From: an uncultured cyanobacterium
Lineage (GTDB): Bacteria; Cyanobacteriota; Cyanobacteriia; Cyanobacteriales; Nostocaceae
DNA: 64,000 bases
Reading direction: 5' to 3'
Assembly (NCBI GenBank): GCA_963706595.1
Contig: OY970166.1
Location: 4,224,001-4,288,000, forward strand
Part shown: piece after piece, positions 38,907 through 49,400 of the stretch
Position numbering within the stretch: the stretch's first letter is position 1
How the letters are laid out: each line of letters opens with the position of its first letter
Program-made: the position numbers and the translations under genes
The notes under the pieces: model-generated
What the model was told of the DNA's origin: nothing
The model's database searches: none
Seen by the model: only the letters and a program-made list of their open reading frames with translations

Positions 38907-41900
38907 TCAAGTTTGTTCATTCAATAAGTTTTCGGCACAAACTAGCTGTAATTGAATGATTTCGCTCATCTGTTTACTAAAATCTTTTCTGGCTTGGAGG
39001 AATGCCGCGTGATTTTGAGTTATTCTGTAATTGTTATCGCTCAGTTTTTGATACTGGGTTTTGTTTAATTCGGACATTCTAATTGTGTTATCAAGTTGAT
39101 GGTTTATAGCTGGAGATGACACAATTGGTTGCTGGATTTTCTGTGCCAGAACTGTTGACTCAGAAGATTGTAATTCTTCTGGAATCTCAAAACCGTGTTC
39201 CATGATATTTTTTGTTGGGTGTTCTGCTGGCTGGGTTGGGGAATTTAGGTTTTCTAATTCGCTGGAAATTGGTATGTTTTGATGCAGTTTTTCTACCCGA
39301 TAACTGTTGAGGTTTTTGGCGATATTTTGGAAGTATTTACGGTTTTCTTCACTTAAAATTGCACCTGCAATTGATTTACCGCCCAAGGTAATTGTTCTTA
39401 GGGTTAATTTGTTTTGTTTGGTTGTGGCTGTACTGAGATTGTACAGAGGTGATAAATCTAAATTCACCCGATGGCTAACAAGTTTTGCTAAGGCTTTGAC
39501 CATTGATGTGTGGTCATCCATACCTCTACGATTGAGGGATACGGTAATGTGTTCTTTGTTTTCTAAGATTTTACTAATCCATCGAGAACAAACTCCACCA
39601 GCGCCAGCTTCGACAAATATTTTCACGCCATCGTCATAGACACGGTTGACTAATTGGGGAAAGTCAAGTTGTTGGCAAAGTCCGGTGGCTATGCTTTTAG
39701 CTATGACATCTCTATCAAGTTTGATGGGTTGATACTCGGCGGCTGAGTAAAATGTGATGTCTGGTAAGTCTTGGGTAGGTAAGCTATTAACTTTGGCGAT
39801 TTCTTCGTATTCTGACCGCATAGCTTCACAATGAATTACATGGTCGAAGGGTGCGGGGAAGGAGTTACAACCCAAAGTTTGAATTACTCTCTGACAAGCT
39901 GTTTTTTCACCAGCAATTAAGACTTCTTCTGGTGTGTTGATTTGAGTTAAATAAACTCGTGACTCATGTTTTAAACATTCTTCCACCTGGGAAGGTTTCG
40001 CCATGAGGACATAAGTCGCCCAGAAGTTATCTTCTTGTAATTCTGTGCTATCTGTTAAGCCCCAATACTGACGCACCGCATTTTTTGCACCTGATAATTT
40101 ATCTCCAAATAAAGGTGATGAATTTAAGGTATTACTTCCGCCTTCAAAATCACTCCAAACTCCTTGGGCTACCATCATGCTGGTTTCACCTAAGCTATAG
40201 CCAAAGACGCATTTTGGTTTCACTTGAAAGTCGTCTCGGAAAATCGCTGTCATGTATCTAGCGAAGGCGATTTCACTTTCAAACATTCCTAGAGAATCAT
40301 CTAACAATTCTTTTTCGAGGGTTTCTAGTTGTCTGGTGGCGAGTTTGGGGAAGCTGCGGGGATAAACCAATTTCTCTACATCAGCAGCACGGTTATAGAG
40401 GTTATTACTCTTTAAGTCCTCAAAAACTTTGGGAAATAATCGGAACACTGTCCGACCAATACCAATGTAGGAATTAACGGCGGCTGGATAAACATAAGCG
40501 ACACTTGCAGTTTTACCTAACGGTTTGGCTGTAAAGTAACTACCTAATGGTGTTAACCAGTCTGTACCTTTTTCAAAGGCTATATTTACACCTTTACGTG
40601 CAGCATCAATTTGTTTGAGGAGTTCTTTTTTGTTACGTCCGGTAATTGTTAGAGCATATTTACTTTCAGAATACTCTTTAAAAGTTGTGAAGGTTTGACT
40701 GGCTGTAGTTGATAAACAAGAACTATCTGCAATAGTTTTTTCGAGATTATTTAAAACCTCTTGTAAGTTGTTTTGATTCTCAGCTGCTACAGGGAATAGA
40801 TGAAAAGGCATTTGCTGTAAATACCGACTGTCACGTTCTTCTTGGTTTGGGTCTTCAGATAAGATAACGTGAGCATAAGTCTCGTCTATACCTATGCTAT
40901 TAATGGCGGCTATACGACGCGTACTACCTTTATCGACAAACCAAGGTCTGGACTCTGTAGCTACATAAAAAGGGCTACCTGACCATTTTTGTGGAGTCTT
41001 TGCACCAGACCATTTAGGAGTGGCGGGAATGTATCTGTAATAGAGACAGAGGGCGGTTTTGATTAAACTAGCAATTCCCGATGCTGTGTATGTATGACCA
41101 ATATTAGCCTTGACGCTACCAATGGCACATTGCAAACCATTTCCAGTTTGGGGATAAGCCTGTAATAACCCGGTAATTTCGGCTTCATCTTGTTGAGGAA
41201 TACCACTACCAAACACCTCTACATAGTTAATCTCTTGAGGTTTAATTTTGGCTATGTCAAAAGCTTGGTGACAAGCATCGTTTGTGGCTGCTGCAAAACT
41301 GACTGCATCCAGGACAGCATATATTTTGTGGTTGTCTTGTTGAGCCGTATCATGACGCTTGAGGACAACGGCACCAGCACCTTCTCCGACCATCCAACCA
41401 TCGGCATTTTCGTCAAAGCTTAAGGTGTTGATACCTTGATTTATTTTGGCTAATTGACTGCGTAACAAGACATTTTCTACACCTCCAGCCAAATCAATTG
41501 CACCTAAAACTACAGCTTCAACTTCTCCAGAGGCTAGTAACATTTGTGCGACTTCTAAGGCTTTGAGAGCAGAGTTTTCACCAGCCGTCATTGTGAAAGC
41601 GGGTCCTGTGAAATTCCATAAGGCGGAAATTCTACCTGCCATAATATTGGCGATGTGACTGACATACTCGCTGGTTTCAACGGGATGATGAATACTATCT
41701 TTAACTACGCCTTCTAACTGTGAAAGTTCTGCATCTGGCAAAGAGATATTATCCTCTAATAAGCCCTCTTTTACCTGCCAAGATAAATCCCATCTTTGTT
41801 GTAATTGATGCACAGAAAGCTCGGTTTCCGCCGCTACAATTACGGCGACATTTCCACCTTCTTTGAGTCCTGCATCTTCAACAGCACGGTTAGCAACTTT

Positions 41901-43577
41901 TAACAGTAACAGTTGTTGGGGATTGAGTTTTTCAACTTCGTTTGGAGGAACCTTACAGGCTAAAGTATCAATGTCAAAGTCTTGAATGTATGCTCCAATT
42001 GGTGCTTTACCATCCTCTAAACCATACTCTTGCAGTAAGTCTGTTTGCTCGTCTATACCTTGCCATCTAGATGAGGGTAGAGGAATAAAATGCTGTTTTC
42101 CTTCGTAAATACTGCGCTCAAAGGCATCTAATCCGTTACATCCACCGAAAAAGGCATCCATGCCTACAATAGCGACTTTGGCAGGTTCTACAGGTGAATC
42201 TGAGTTAATATCTAGGGCTGTATTTCCTTGTTCAATAATTAAGTGGGAATTAGTTCCGCCAAAACCAAAGGCGCTGATGGCTGCTCGTTTAATTGGTGTA
42301 TTTTTGTGAGGCCAGGCTGTGGCTTTTCTGACAATATTATCACTGGAAATAACGTTATTGTCTGAGGCTAAAGGGACATCAACATTAATAGTAGGTGGAA
42401 TGACGTTCTGAGACATACTCAGAATTACTTTTGTCAAGCCTACCATCCCAGCAGCAGTTAATAAATGCCCGACGTTAGCTTTAGCAGAACCTACTAAGGG
42501 TGAGGCTTGATGTTGTCCAAAAAAGGTTGCTATGGAGTTGAGTTCTGTGGTGTCTCCCAGCAATGTTCCAGTAGCATGACATTCTAAATAGTCGATGCTT
42601 TGGGGACTAATTTGAGCTTCTTTATAGGCTCGTTCAAAGGCGAGAACTTGTCCTTTGGTATTGGGGCTGAGTAGGTGCTTACCTTTACCATCGTTGGAGA
42701 GTCCATTACCGCAAATTGTGGCGAGAATATTATCTCCATCTCTGACAGCATCGGTGTATCTTTTCAGAACTACCATCCCTACACCATCACCGGGAATCAA
42801 ACCTCTGGATGTCTTATCTAAAGGGCGACTTGTACCGTCTTCTGCAAAGCCTTGGACACCAGAAAAGAGCATTCGCACAAATAGCGAGTCTGCACAACTG
42901 ATGGCTCCGGCTAACATCATGTCAGCTTTATGAGATGATAGGTAATGAGAGGCTAGTTTTATGGCATAAAATGAGGATGAACAAGCCGCATCTAGACATA
43001 AGTTAATTCTAGATAATGATAAGGCTTGAGCAACTATTGATGCTGGTAAGCCGGAAATCATCGCATTGTAAACAGATGCTTTGGTTGTTGTGGGTAAACC
43101 AGCTAAATCGAAGTTTTCATGCTGCAAAAGTTCTTTAACAGCAGGTGCGATCGCTTGCTGATAAATAGGGGAGAATAATTGATGGGAAAGTCTGGTTGGG
43201 AATGACAGATTACCCAGAATTACGCCACATTTAGCGAGGAGGTTTTGATTTCCCCAGTAGCCACTATTTTTAATGGCTTGTTTGGCTGCATATAATGACC
43301 ATTTAAAGCTGTCGTCTAAACCAGCAAGTAATTCTGAGGGGAGATTGTATTCAGACGCATCAAATTCAAAGTCCCGGATGTAGCCACCTTTGAGGGAATA
43401 TGTTTTATCTGGTGTGCCTTTGACTGGGTTGTAAAAAATAGTGGGATCTACCCCAATTTCGGCGATGGTGGCTGATGATGTGGCATCTTTTTTGTTAATC
43501 AGATTCTGCCAAAATTCTTCAGGGTTTTTAGCATCGGGAAATAGGCTGGATAATCCGATGATGGCTATTTTTTGCAT
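38907..43577 (-). CDS. hglC: KS-CLF-AT PfaB/C-type synthase (HglD-HglC fusion)
   Basis: KS DAACSS...HATGT...GH; second KS-like domain without Cys (AGENS); AT-like GYSLG. Confidence 0.85.
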   Translation of the reverse strand: MQKIAIIGLSSLFPDAKNPEEFWQNLINKKDATSSATIAEIGVDPTIFYNPVKGTPDKTYSLKGGYIRDFEFDASEYNLPSELLAGLDDSFKWSLYAAKQAIKNSGYWGNQNLLAKCGVILGNLSFPTRLSHQLFSPIYQQAIAPAVKELLQHENFDLAGLPTTTKASVYNAMISGLPASIVAQALSLSRINLCLDAACSSSFYAIKLASHYLSSHKADMMLAGAISCADSLFVRMLFSGVQGFAEDGTSRPLDKTSRGLIPGDGVGMVVLKRYTDAVRDGDNILATICGNGLSNDGKGKHLLSPNTKGQVLAFERAYKEAQISPQSIDYLECHATGTLLGDTTELNSIATFFGQHQASPLVGSAKANVGHLLTAAGMVGLTKVILSMSQNVIPPTINVDVPLASDNNVISSDNIVRKATAWPHKNTPIKRAAISAFGFGGTNSHLIIEQGNTALDINSDSPVEPAKVAIVGMDAFFGGCNGLDAFERSIYEGKQHFIPLPSSRWQGIDEQTDLLQEYGLEDGKAPIGAYIQDFDIDTLACKVPPNEVEKLNPQQLLLLKVANRAVEDAGLKEGGNVAVIVAAETELSVHQLQQRWDLSWQVKEGLLEDNISLPDAELSQLEGVVKDSIHHPVETSEYVSHIANIMAGRISALWNFTGPAFTMTAGENSALKALEVAQMLLASGEVEAVVLGAIDLAGGVENVLLRSQLAKINQGINTLSFDENADGWMVGEGAGAVVLKRHDTAQQDNHKIYAVLDAVSFAAATNDACHQAFDIAKIKPQEINYVEVFGSGIPQQDEAEITGLLQAYPQTGNGLQCAIGSVKANIGHTYTASGIASLIKTALCLYYRYIPATPKWSGAKTPQKWSGSPFYVATESRPWFVDKGSTRRIAAINSIGIDETYAHVILSEDPNQEERDSRYLQQMPFHLFPVAAENQNNLQEVLNNLEKTIADSSCLSTTASQTFTTFKEYSESKYALTITGRNKKELLKQIDAARKGVNIAFEKGTDWLTPLGSYFTAKPLGKTASVAYVYPAAVNSYIGIGRTVFRLFPKVFEDLKSNNLYNRAADVEKLVYPRSFPKLATRQLETLEKELLDDSLGMFESEIAFARYMTAIFRDDFQVKPKCVFGYSLGETSMMVAQGVWSDFEGGSNTLNSSPLFGDKLSGAKNAVRQYWGLTDSTELQEDNFWATYVLMAKPSQVEECLKHESRVYLTQINTPEEVLIAGEKTACQRVIQTLGCNSFPAPFDHVIHCEAMRSEYEEIAKVNSLPTQDLPDITFYSAAEYQPIKLDRDVIAKSIATGLCQQLDFPQLVNRVYDDGVKIFVEAGAGGVCSRWISKILENKEHITVSLNRRGMDDHTSMVKALAKLVSHRVNLDLSPLYNLSTATTKQNKLTLRTITLGGKSIAGAILSEENRKYFQNIAKNLNSYRVEKLHQNIPISSELENLNSPTQPAEHPTKNIMEHGFEIPEELQSSESTVLAQKIQQPIVSSPAINHQLDNTIRMSELNKTQYQKLSDNNYRITQNHAAFLQARKDFSKQMSEIIQLQLVCAENLLNEQT

Positions 43578-43813
43578 TGTTATATCCTCGACAGTTTTGG
43601 GGTATTAAAAGAAGGCAGGATTTACGCTGTTCCCCAAATTTGAGAATGTGAATGAAATGCAAGATATCCTTTCTCGGTTGAGTGAGGTAGAAGAACCCCA
43701 CCCCCTCCCCGCAAGCGAGGAGGGGACTATGATAGACCTCTTATGTACGCCAAGAGAATAAACCTCCTCTCTCTGCGCCTCTGCGTCTTTGCGTGATAAT
43801 CAAGGCTAAATAA

Positions 43814-45532
43814 TTAACTTCTGAGTTGCTTCATTGACCAAATAATGGCATGAGCGCCTAGCATTTGAGAGTATATTTTTCCCTGATTATCGTGTATAAT
43901 AAAATCTGCGATCGCACTACTCGGAGTTTTCGCTTTTATTTCACAAGAAACATAAAATAGTTCGTTGTGTGGGGTAGGCGCAAATTGTTCAAATTTCTCT
44001 ACTTTTCCCGGTAAGCAACCTTCTTGATGAAAGTGTTGTGTCCAAATCCATAAGGCGTGCATACTCAAGTCTGTGGTATAAGGATTAACCCATCTTACGG
44101 GGAATTGTCCTTGTTTTTGAGCGCTGATTTCTGTCCACAAACATTCTGTGGTGATTTTTTCAGGCGTAATATTTAAAACTCTTTGAACTTCTTGAAATGA
44201 AGGTCCATGAAATAATGTAGCCCCACCATTTTGATAGAACTCTTTTCCTGTAGCAGTAATAATGTGATCTTGATTTAGATTGATAGATTCATAAGTAGGA
44301 ACATGAGGAATTATCCTATGCAGGTTGAGTTGAGCGCTAAAGTGATAATGGGTTTTTCCGGCTGGGTTTTTACTCCAGATTTTAGCTTTAACTACAATTT
44401 TTTCTGAGTTAATTTTCTCAACTTCTTCTATGTCTAGAATGTGTTCTTTGGCTAAGTTGTGATTGAAGGTAATTCCCTTTAAAACTTTGAAATCTGTGTA
44501 ATTGAATAATCGATAGCCGGGATACATTTCCTCACAGCAATTAATTATCCATGTCATTGCACAGGTAGCAGGTAATACTGGCGAACCAGCTATTGCATGG
44601 TCATATAAAAAGGGATTGGCTTCCAGTTTCATCTGGCGACGGATGCGATGATTTCGCAGTTGGGAATCTAACTCTATAGCTGGGGGAAGCAATGGACTAC
44701 CAATGACAACTTGTGCAGTATCATGATGGGACGGGTGCAATTCGTTGACTAACATTTGTGTACCCGCATCCACAGGAATAATATCAAATCCCCTTTCTGC
44801 AAGCGCTTTTTTCAGTTCTGGTGACACCATCCCACTATCCCAAGCGCCCCAGTTAATGGCGACTACGTGACAGTGAGGATGATTTTGCTTGATTAAATGG
44901 GCGGATTTGTTGAGAATTTCGTTAGCGATCGCATAATCAGATTGTCCAAGATTGCCGTAAAATCCAGTTACGGAGGAGAACAATACTAAATGCTGGAGTT
45001 GCTCAAGGTTCACGCAAGTTAGGAGATTTTCTAATCCCTGCACTTTAGCAGTGTAAACCTTTTCAAAATCCTGGTCTGTTTTCTTTTCAATCAGCTTATC
45101 AGCTAAATTTCCCGCCCCGTGAATAATCCCAGTGATTGCACCTACAGCCGCTAATTTTTGCTGTAAATCTGCAACATTGGTGACATCTACACTAATATAT
45201 TCGGCTTGAGCGCCTGTTTGTTGGATACTTGCTAAGGTTTTCTTAATTTCTCGACTGGAAACGATTTTGTTATATATCTTCAGTACACTCATAGGAGTTG
45301 GTTTTTCTCCTTGAGTCAGAAGATTCTCCATAATGCGTTTCTTTAAGGCTGGTTCCTCGATACAATCTTGAGCAAATGCTGGTTCAATTTCTAAAAGTTC
45401 GGAACGACCAAGGAGAATGAATTTACAAGGCTGGTGCTGGGCTATTTTAATCGTACATTGGGCTGTAATCCCTTTTGCACCACCACTTACAACAAAAACT
45501 GATGAAGGACGAATCTGTGTCTGTGTAGTCAT
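43814..45532 (-). CDS. hglG: Ketoreductase + dehydratase-like HglG
   Basis: SGGAKGIT, HGAGNLAD, YAIAN; DH HAIAGSPVLP. Confidence 0.9.
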   Translation of the reverse strand: MTTQTQIRPSSVFVVSGGAKGITAQCTIKIAQHQPCKFILLGRSELLEIEPAFAQDCIEEPALKKRIMENLLTQGEKPTPMSVLKIYNKIVSSREIKKTLASIQQTGAQAEYISVDVTNVADLQQKLAAVGAITGIIHGAGNLADKLIEKKTDQDFEKVYTAKVQGLENLLTCVNLEQLQHLVLFSSVTGFYGNLGQSDYAIANEILNKSAHLIKQNHPHCHVVAINWGAWDSGMVSPELKKALAERGFDIIPVDAGTQMLVNELHPSHHDTAQVVIGSPLLPPAIELDSQLRNHRIRRQMKLEANPFLYDHAIAGSPVLPATCAMTWIINCCEEMYPGYRLFNYTDFKVLKGITFNHNLAKEHILDIEEVEKINSEKIVVKAKIWSKNPAGKTHYHFSAQLNLHRIIPHVPTYESINLNQDHIITATGKEFYQNGGATLFHGPSFQEVQRVLNITPEKITTECLWTEISAQKQGQFPVRWVNPYTTDLSMHALWIWTQHFHQEGCLPGKVEKFEQFAPTPHNELFYVSCEIKAKTPSSAIADFIIHDNQGKIYSQMLGAHAIIWSMKQLRS

Positions 45533-45747
45533 ATTTTTTTATGATTAAAGAGGAACGAACCACAGAGACGCAGAGTACACAGAGAGATTAGACTTAGTGT
45601 TCTTCCTTCTTTGCGTCTTTGCGCCTTTGCGTGAAACAAAAAATATTTCTGTAATGAAGAGGGAAATATAGAGTCCTATTTATCGAACCGCCAAGTCGCC
45701 AAGAGCGCCAAGGAATGATTTAGGACTGCTATATCTCCCTCATTCCC

Positions 45748-46464
45748 TTACTTCTCGAAAGAAGCAACTAAGGTTACGCGTCCTTGGGAACCGTAAGCAA
45801 CTTCGCTGATATAAAGATTGGGGTCGTGCATTTCAGCGATGATATATTCTGCTGACTGTTGGGGATTTATAGCTGGACTTAAGTCAATGGCGCGAGTAAA
45901 GACTTTTGGCCATTCCCATTTCAGAGTTTTGGTTAATCCAAATAATCCTGCACCAATGGCTCCAAAATTAATGTTATGTTCTAAGCCAAAAGCACCATCT
46001 AAACGGTTGACTGTTATGAAACAACTGCGTTCATAACGCGCTACTTCGTTGAGGGTTTGCTTGAGATGTTTGGCTATGAAGAAGACGTGCTTGACAATGG
46101 CTTTTTCTTGTTCTAAGTAAGCTGGGGTTTGATTTCCGGGAAATACTGGATGAATATGGATGAAAGCGCCAATGTTGCCGAAGTGAGTCGCGATCGCAGA
46201 TAATTTATGTTGAAGCAATTCTTCGGTCATATCTGCGAGGACTACGCGATTCACTCCGACTGGTAAGGGCGATTGTTGAGGAACGATAGATGGGGGGAAA
46301 CTTAAAACTACCACTTTCCCGCCGCGATCGCTTAAAGTTTGAGCTAATTTTGAGGTGGTGAGGGAACCATCGTCAGTAATTACACTCACGTGTCCCTCTG
46401 GTAAAGCGAAGTCTAAACTATCCGGTGGTGGGAGGAATTGCAGTTTAGCTGGTCGCCGTGTCAC
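45748..46464 (-). CDS. hglF: HglF (N-terminal structural part of a PfaA-type KR region); frame is open upstream to the A9 run at 46511-46519
   Basis: RLDGAFG, GLFGLTKTLKWEWP..RAIDL motifs; position between hglE and hglG. Confidence 0.85.
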   Translation of the reverse strand: MTRRPAKLQFLPPPDSLDFALPEGHVSVITDDGSLTTSKLAQTLSDRGGKVVVLSFPPSIVPQQSPLPVGVNRVVLADMTEELLQHKLSAIATHFGNIGAFIHIHPVFPGNQTPAYLEQEKAIVKHVFFIAKHLKQTLNEVARYERSCFITVNRLDGAFGLEHNINFGAIGAGLFGLTKTLKWEWPKVFTRAIDLSPAINPQQSAEYIIAEMHDPNLYISEVAYGSQGRVTLVASFEK

Positions 46465-46472
46465 ACCGTCTA

Positions 46473-49400
46473 TTACCTGGACTGGCTGGTAACTAAACTC
46501 CTGCTGAGGCTTTTTTTTTCACCCCCAGCAGCTAGCTTCTGGAGATAATCAACTATTTGACCGATGGTGCGAAGGTCTCCCAGTTCTTCTATATTCGGCT
46601 GGGGTAAATTGGGGTATTTATCTTGCATCGCTCCCAATATTTCTACCCGTTTGATGGAGTCAATTCCTAAATCAGCCTCCATATCCATATCCATTTCTAG
46701 CATCTCTACTGGGTAGCCAGTCTTATCACTGGTGATGCTTAACAAGGTTTCACCCAAGTCTGCGTAATTATCGGTAGCTGCTATTTCTGGTTCTGTTTCT
46801 AATTCTGCGGGGAGGGGGGTAGAGACAACCGGGCTGGTCGTCTCTACGGGAATGGGGATCTCGTTGTCCCCTATGGGGATAAGGGACAAGGGGGATTGAG
46901 TCGATTCTAGCACGACTTCTGGAGTAGTAACAGCAGCACTGCCAGAAACTTGGGATTGCAGGTATTCTACAACTTGACCAATGGTGCGTTTTTCTGATAA
47001 TTCTTCTAAGTTTGGTTTGGGTAGGTCGGGGTACATATCCTGTAACGCGCCCAAGATTTCAACTCGTTTGATGGAGTCAATTCCTAAATCAGCCTCCATA
47101 TCCATATCCATCTCTAGCATCTCAACTGGGTAGCCAGTTTTATCGCTGGTGATGGCTAACAAGTTGTTACCCAATTCGGCTAAGTCAATATTAGAAGCAG
47201 CTACAGGTGCGGGGGGAATTTCGACTACTGGCGCTGGTGCTACTGCTACAGGTGCGGGTGGAATTTCTACTACTGGCGCTGGTGCTACTGCTACAGGTGC
47301 GGGTGGAATTTCTACTACTGGCGCTGGTGCTACTGCTACAGGTGCGGGGGGAATTTCTACTACTGGCGCTGGTGCTGTTTTTAACGACTGTCTTTGTGGG
47401 CTGAGTCGTTACCTGAGTCGAGATAATTTGAGAATATTCTTGTTGGATAAGTTGGAAAAACTTCTTGGCGTATTCTAACTGTTCTACAAGATATTGCTCA
47501 TGGATGCGGAGGGTTTCACCTTGTTGACTGTGAAACTGCATCATTCCTCGTTCTACACTTTCCTTGACAACTAGCTGAAGTTGTGCTGCTTCATCGTTAG
47601 ATTTGCTGTTAGCAAACACAGCGTTCTGTTGCTGCATCAATTGGAAAAACGCTTTGGTATATTCCATCTGATGTTGCAGATAAGTCCCGTGGACTTGCAG
47701 ATTTTCGGTTTGATTTTGCTGGAACTGTGTCAGCAGATATTCTAAACTCTCTAACGCCCGTTGGTAATTTACAGGTTTTTCTGGTGTTGGTTGCATTTTT
47801 GTCTCCTGGGCTATTGCAGTAGGAAGAATCACAGGATTCATTTGAGCCTGGGGTGCAGAATTAGTAGATTTATGTGAAAATTCGGGCAGACTATCTGGAG
47901 GATGGGCAACACGTCCATTGGTGGTATGTTCTTTCACTGCTGGAGTTGCTACTACTTCGGAAAATTCAGGTGCGGTAGTGACAGGTAAACTCACTTGATG
48001 TCCGTTCTGCAAAGCTTCAGTAAAAGCGTTCTTGGTTTTTTCGGAGACATAGTTCATGCCGTTTAAACGCACATTTAACGCCTTCTTCTTCTCTACTGGA
48101 GGTAGTGCAGGTTCTACTTGATAAGGATCGAGATTTTTCAAAGATAAGCCCACTACACGCAATTGTACAGCCGCTTCTCTCAGAGAGCGATCGCTGTTCT
48201 TTTGAGTGCTGGGGTTCAATGAGATGGTAAGATGTGGGCGATCGCCTAAAATATCTTTAACCAAGTTGGTCAAAATCCGTCGGGGACCAAATTCCACAAA
48301 GCAATAACCACCCGCAGCATAGATATTTTCGATTTCCTGTTTAAACATCACCGAATTAGACAGGTGAGTTTCCAGAATTTTTTGAATTGCTTGAGATTCT
48401 TGGGGGTAGGGTTTCCCTGTAACGTTGGTGAAGACAGGAATTTGAGGCTGATTGAATTTAACAGATTTAGTGGCGATCGCAAAGGATTTTTGAGCAAAAG
48501 CAATTAACGGCGTGTGGAAAGCAGCAGACACAGGTAACACCACCGCCGTACAACCTTGTTCCTGTAAAGCTTGTCTCACCTTCGCGATTTCTGCCGTCGG
48601 ACCAGCCAAGACAAATTGCGTCGGAGAATTAAAGTTAGCAATAGTCACCTGGGGAAAATTCCGCAGTACCACCGCAACCTTAGTCATATCTTCCTTCACC
48701 GCCAACATACTCCCAGCATCGTGGTCTGGGTCTTCTGGCGCAGCCATCGCTTGACCTCTAGACTTCACGAGAAACAAATAATCTGCTTCACTCAAAACCC
48801 CAGCAGCCCATAAAGCTGTCAATTCCCCAAAGCTGTGTCCCGCCACAAAATCTGATTTAAATCCCGCTTGTTGCAATATAGAATAAAGACCAGCGCTAAA
48901 TACCCCAATAGCAGGTTGAGCGTATTCTGTGCGTTGCAATGCAGCAATTTGGGCATTTTTTTCTGCTTCATCAAACACCGGATGAGGAAACACAATTTCT
49001 GAAACTGGCTGCAAATTATCTTTAAGTAACAAACTATCCATACAGCCATGTAAACGGCGCATAGTCGGGAAGTTCATCACCAATTCTCGCCCCATTTCCA
49101 GGTATTGCGAACCTTGTCCAGAAAACAGAGAAACAACCTTTCCGCCCAAAGCCATTCCAGAAGAACGGTAATAAATACCTTGGGGATGTTCCCAAGAAGC
49201 TGCGTTAGCTTTATTTCTCAGCCAGTCAATACTCACTTGCATAAACTTGCAGGCTTCTTGCAGATTCTCAGCCACAAACCCAACTCTAGCTGCAATTTGG
49301 GGAATCTCCAGCGATTGACATTCTTGAATTAAAGCCGCAAAGTGTCTGTCACCATCGGCTGACTGCAACTTACCCAGAGTTTCTTCACATTTACTCAAAA

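Noticed and set aside
45533..45747. Recoding between hglF and hglG
   Set aside because: 215-bp repeat-filled gap and an independent ATG; a genuine gene split.
46473..47382. Idea that the +1 (47380) and -1 (46515) shifts are compensating mutations
   Set aside because: The intervening ACPs are encoded only in the shifted frame, and the original frame stops at 47191.
47149..47478. Plus-strand Gly/Ala/Thr repeat ORFs
   Set aside because: Antisense shadows of the hglE linker repeat.
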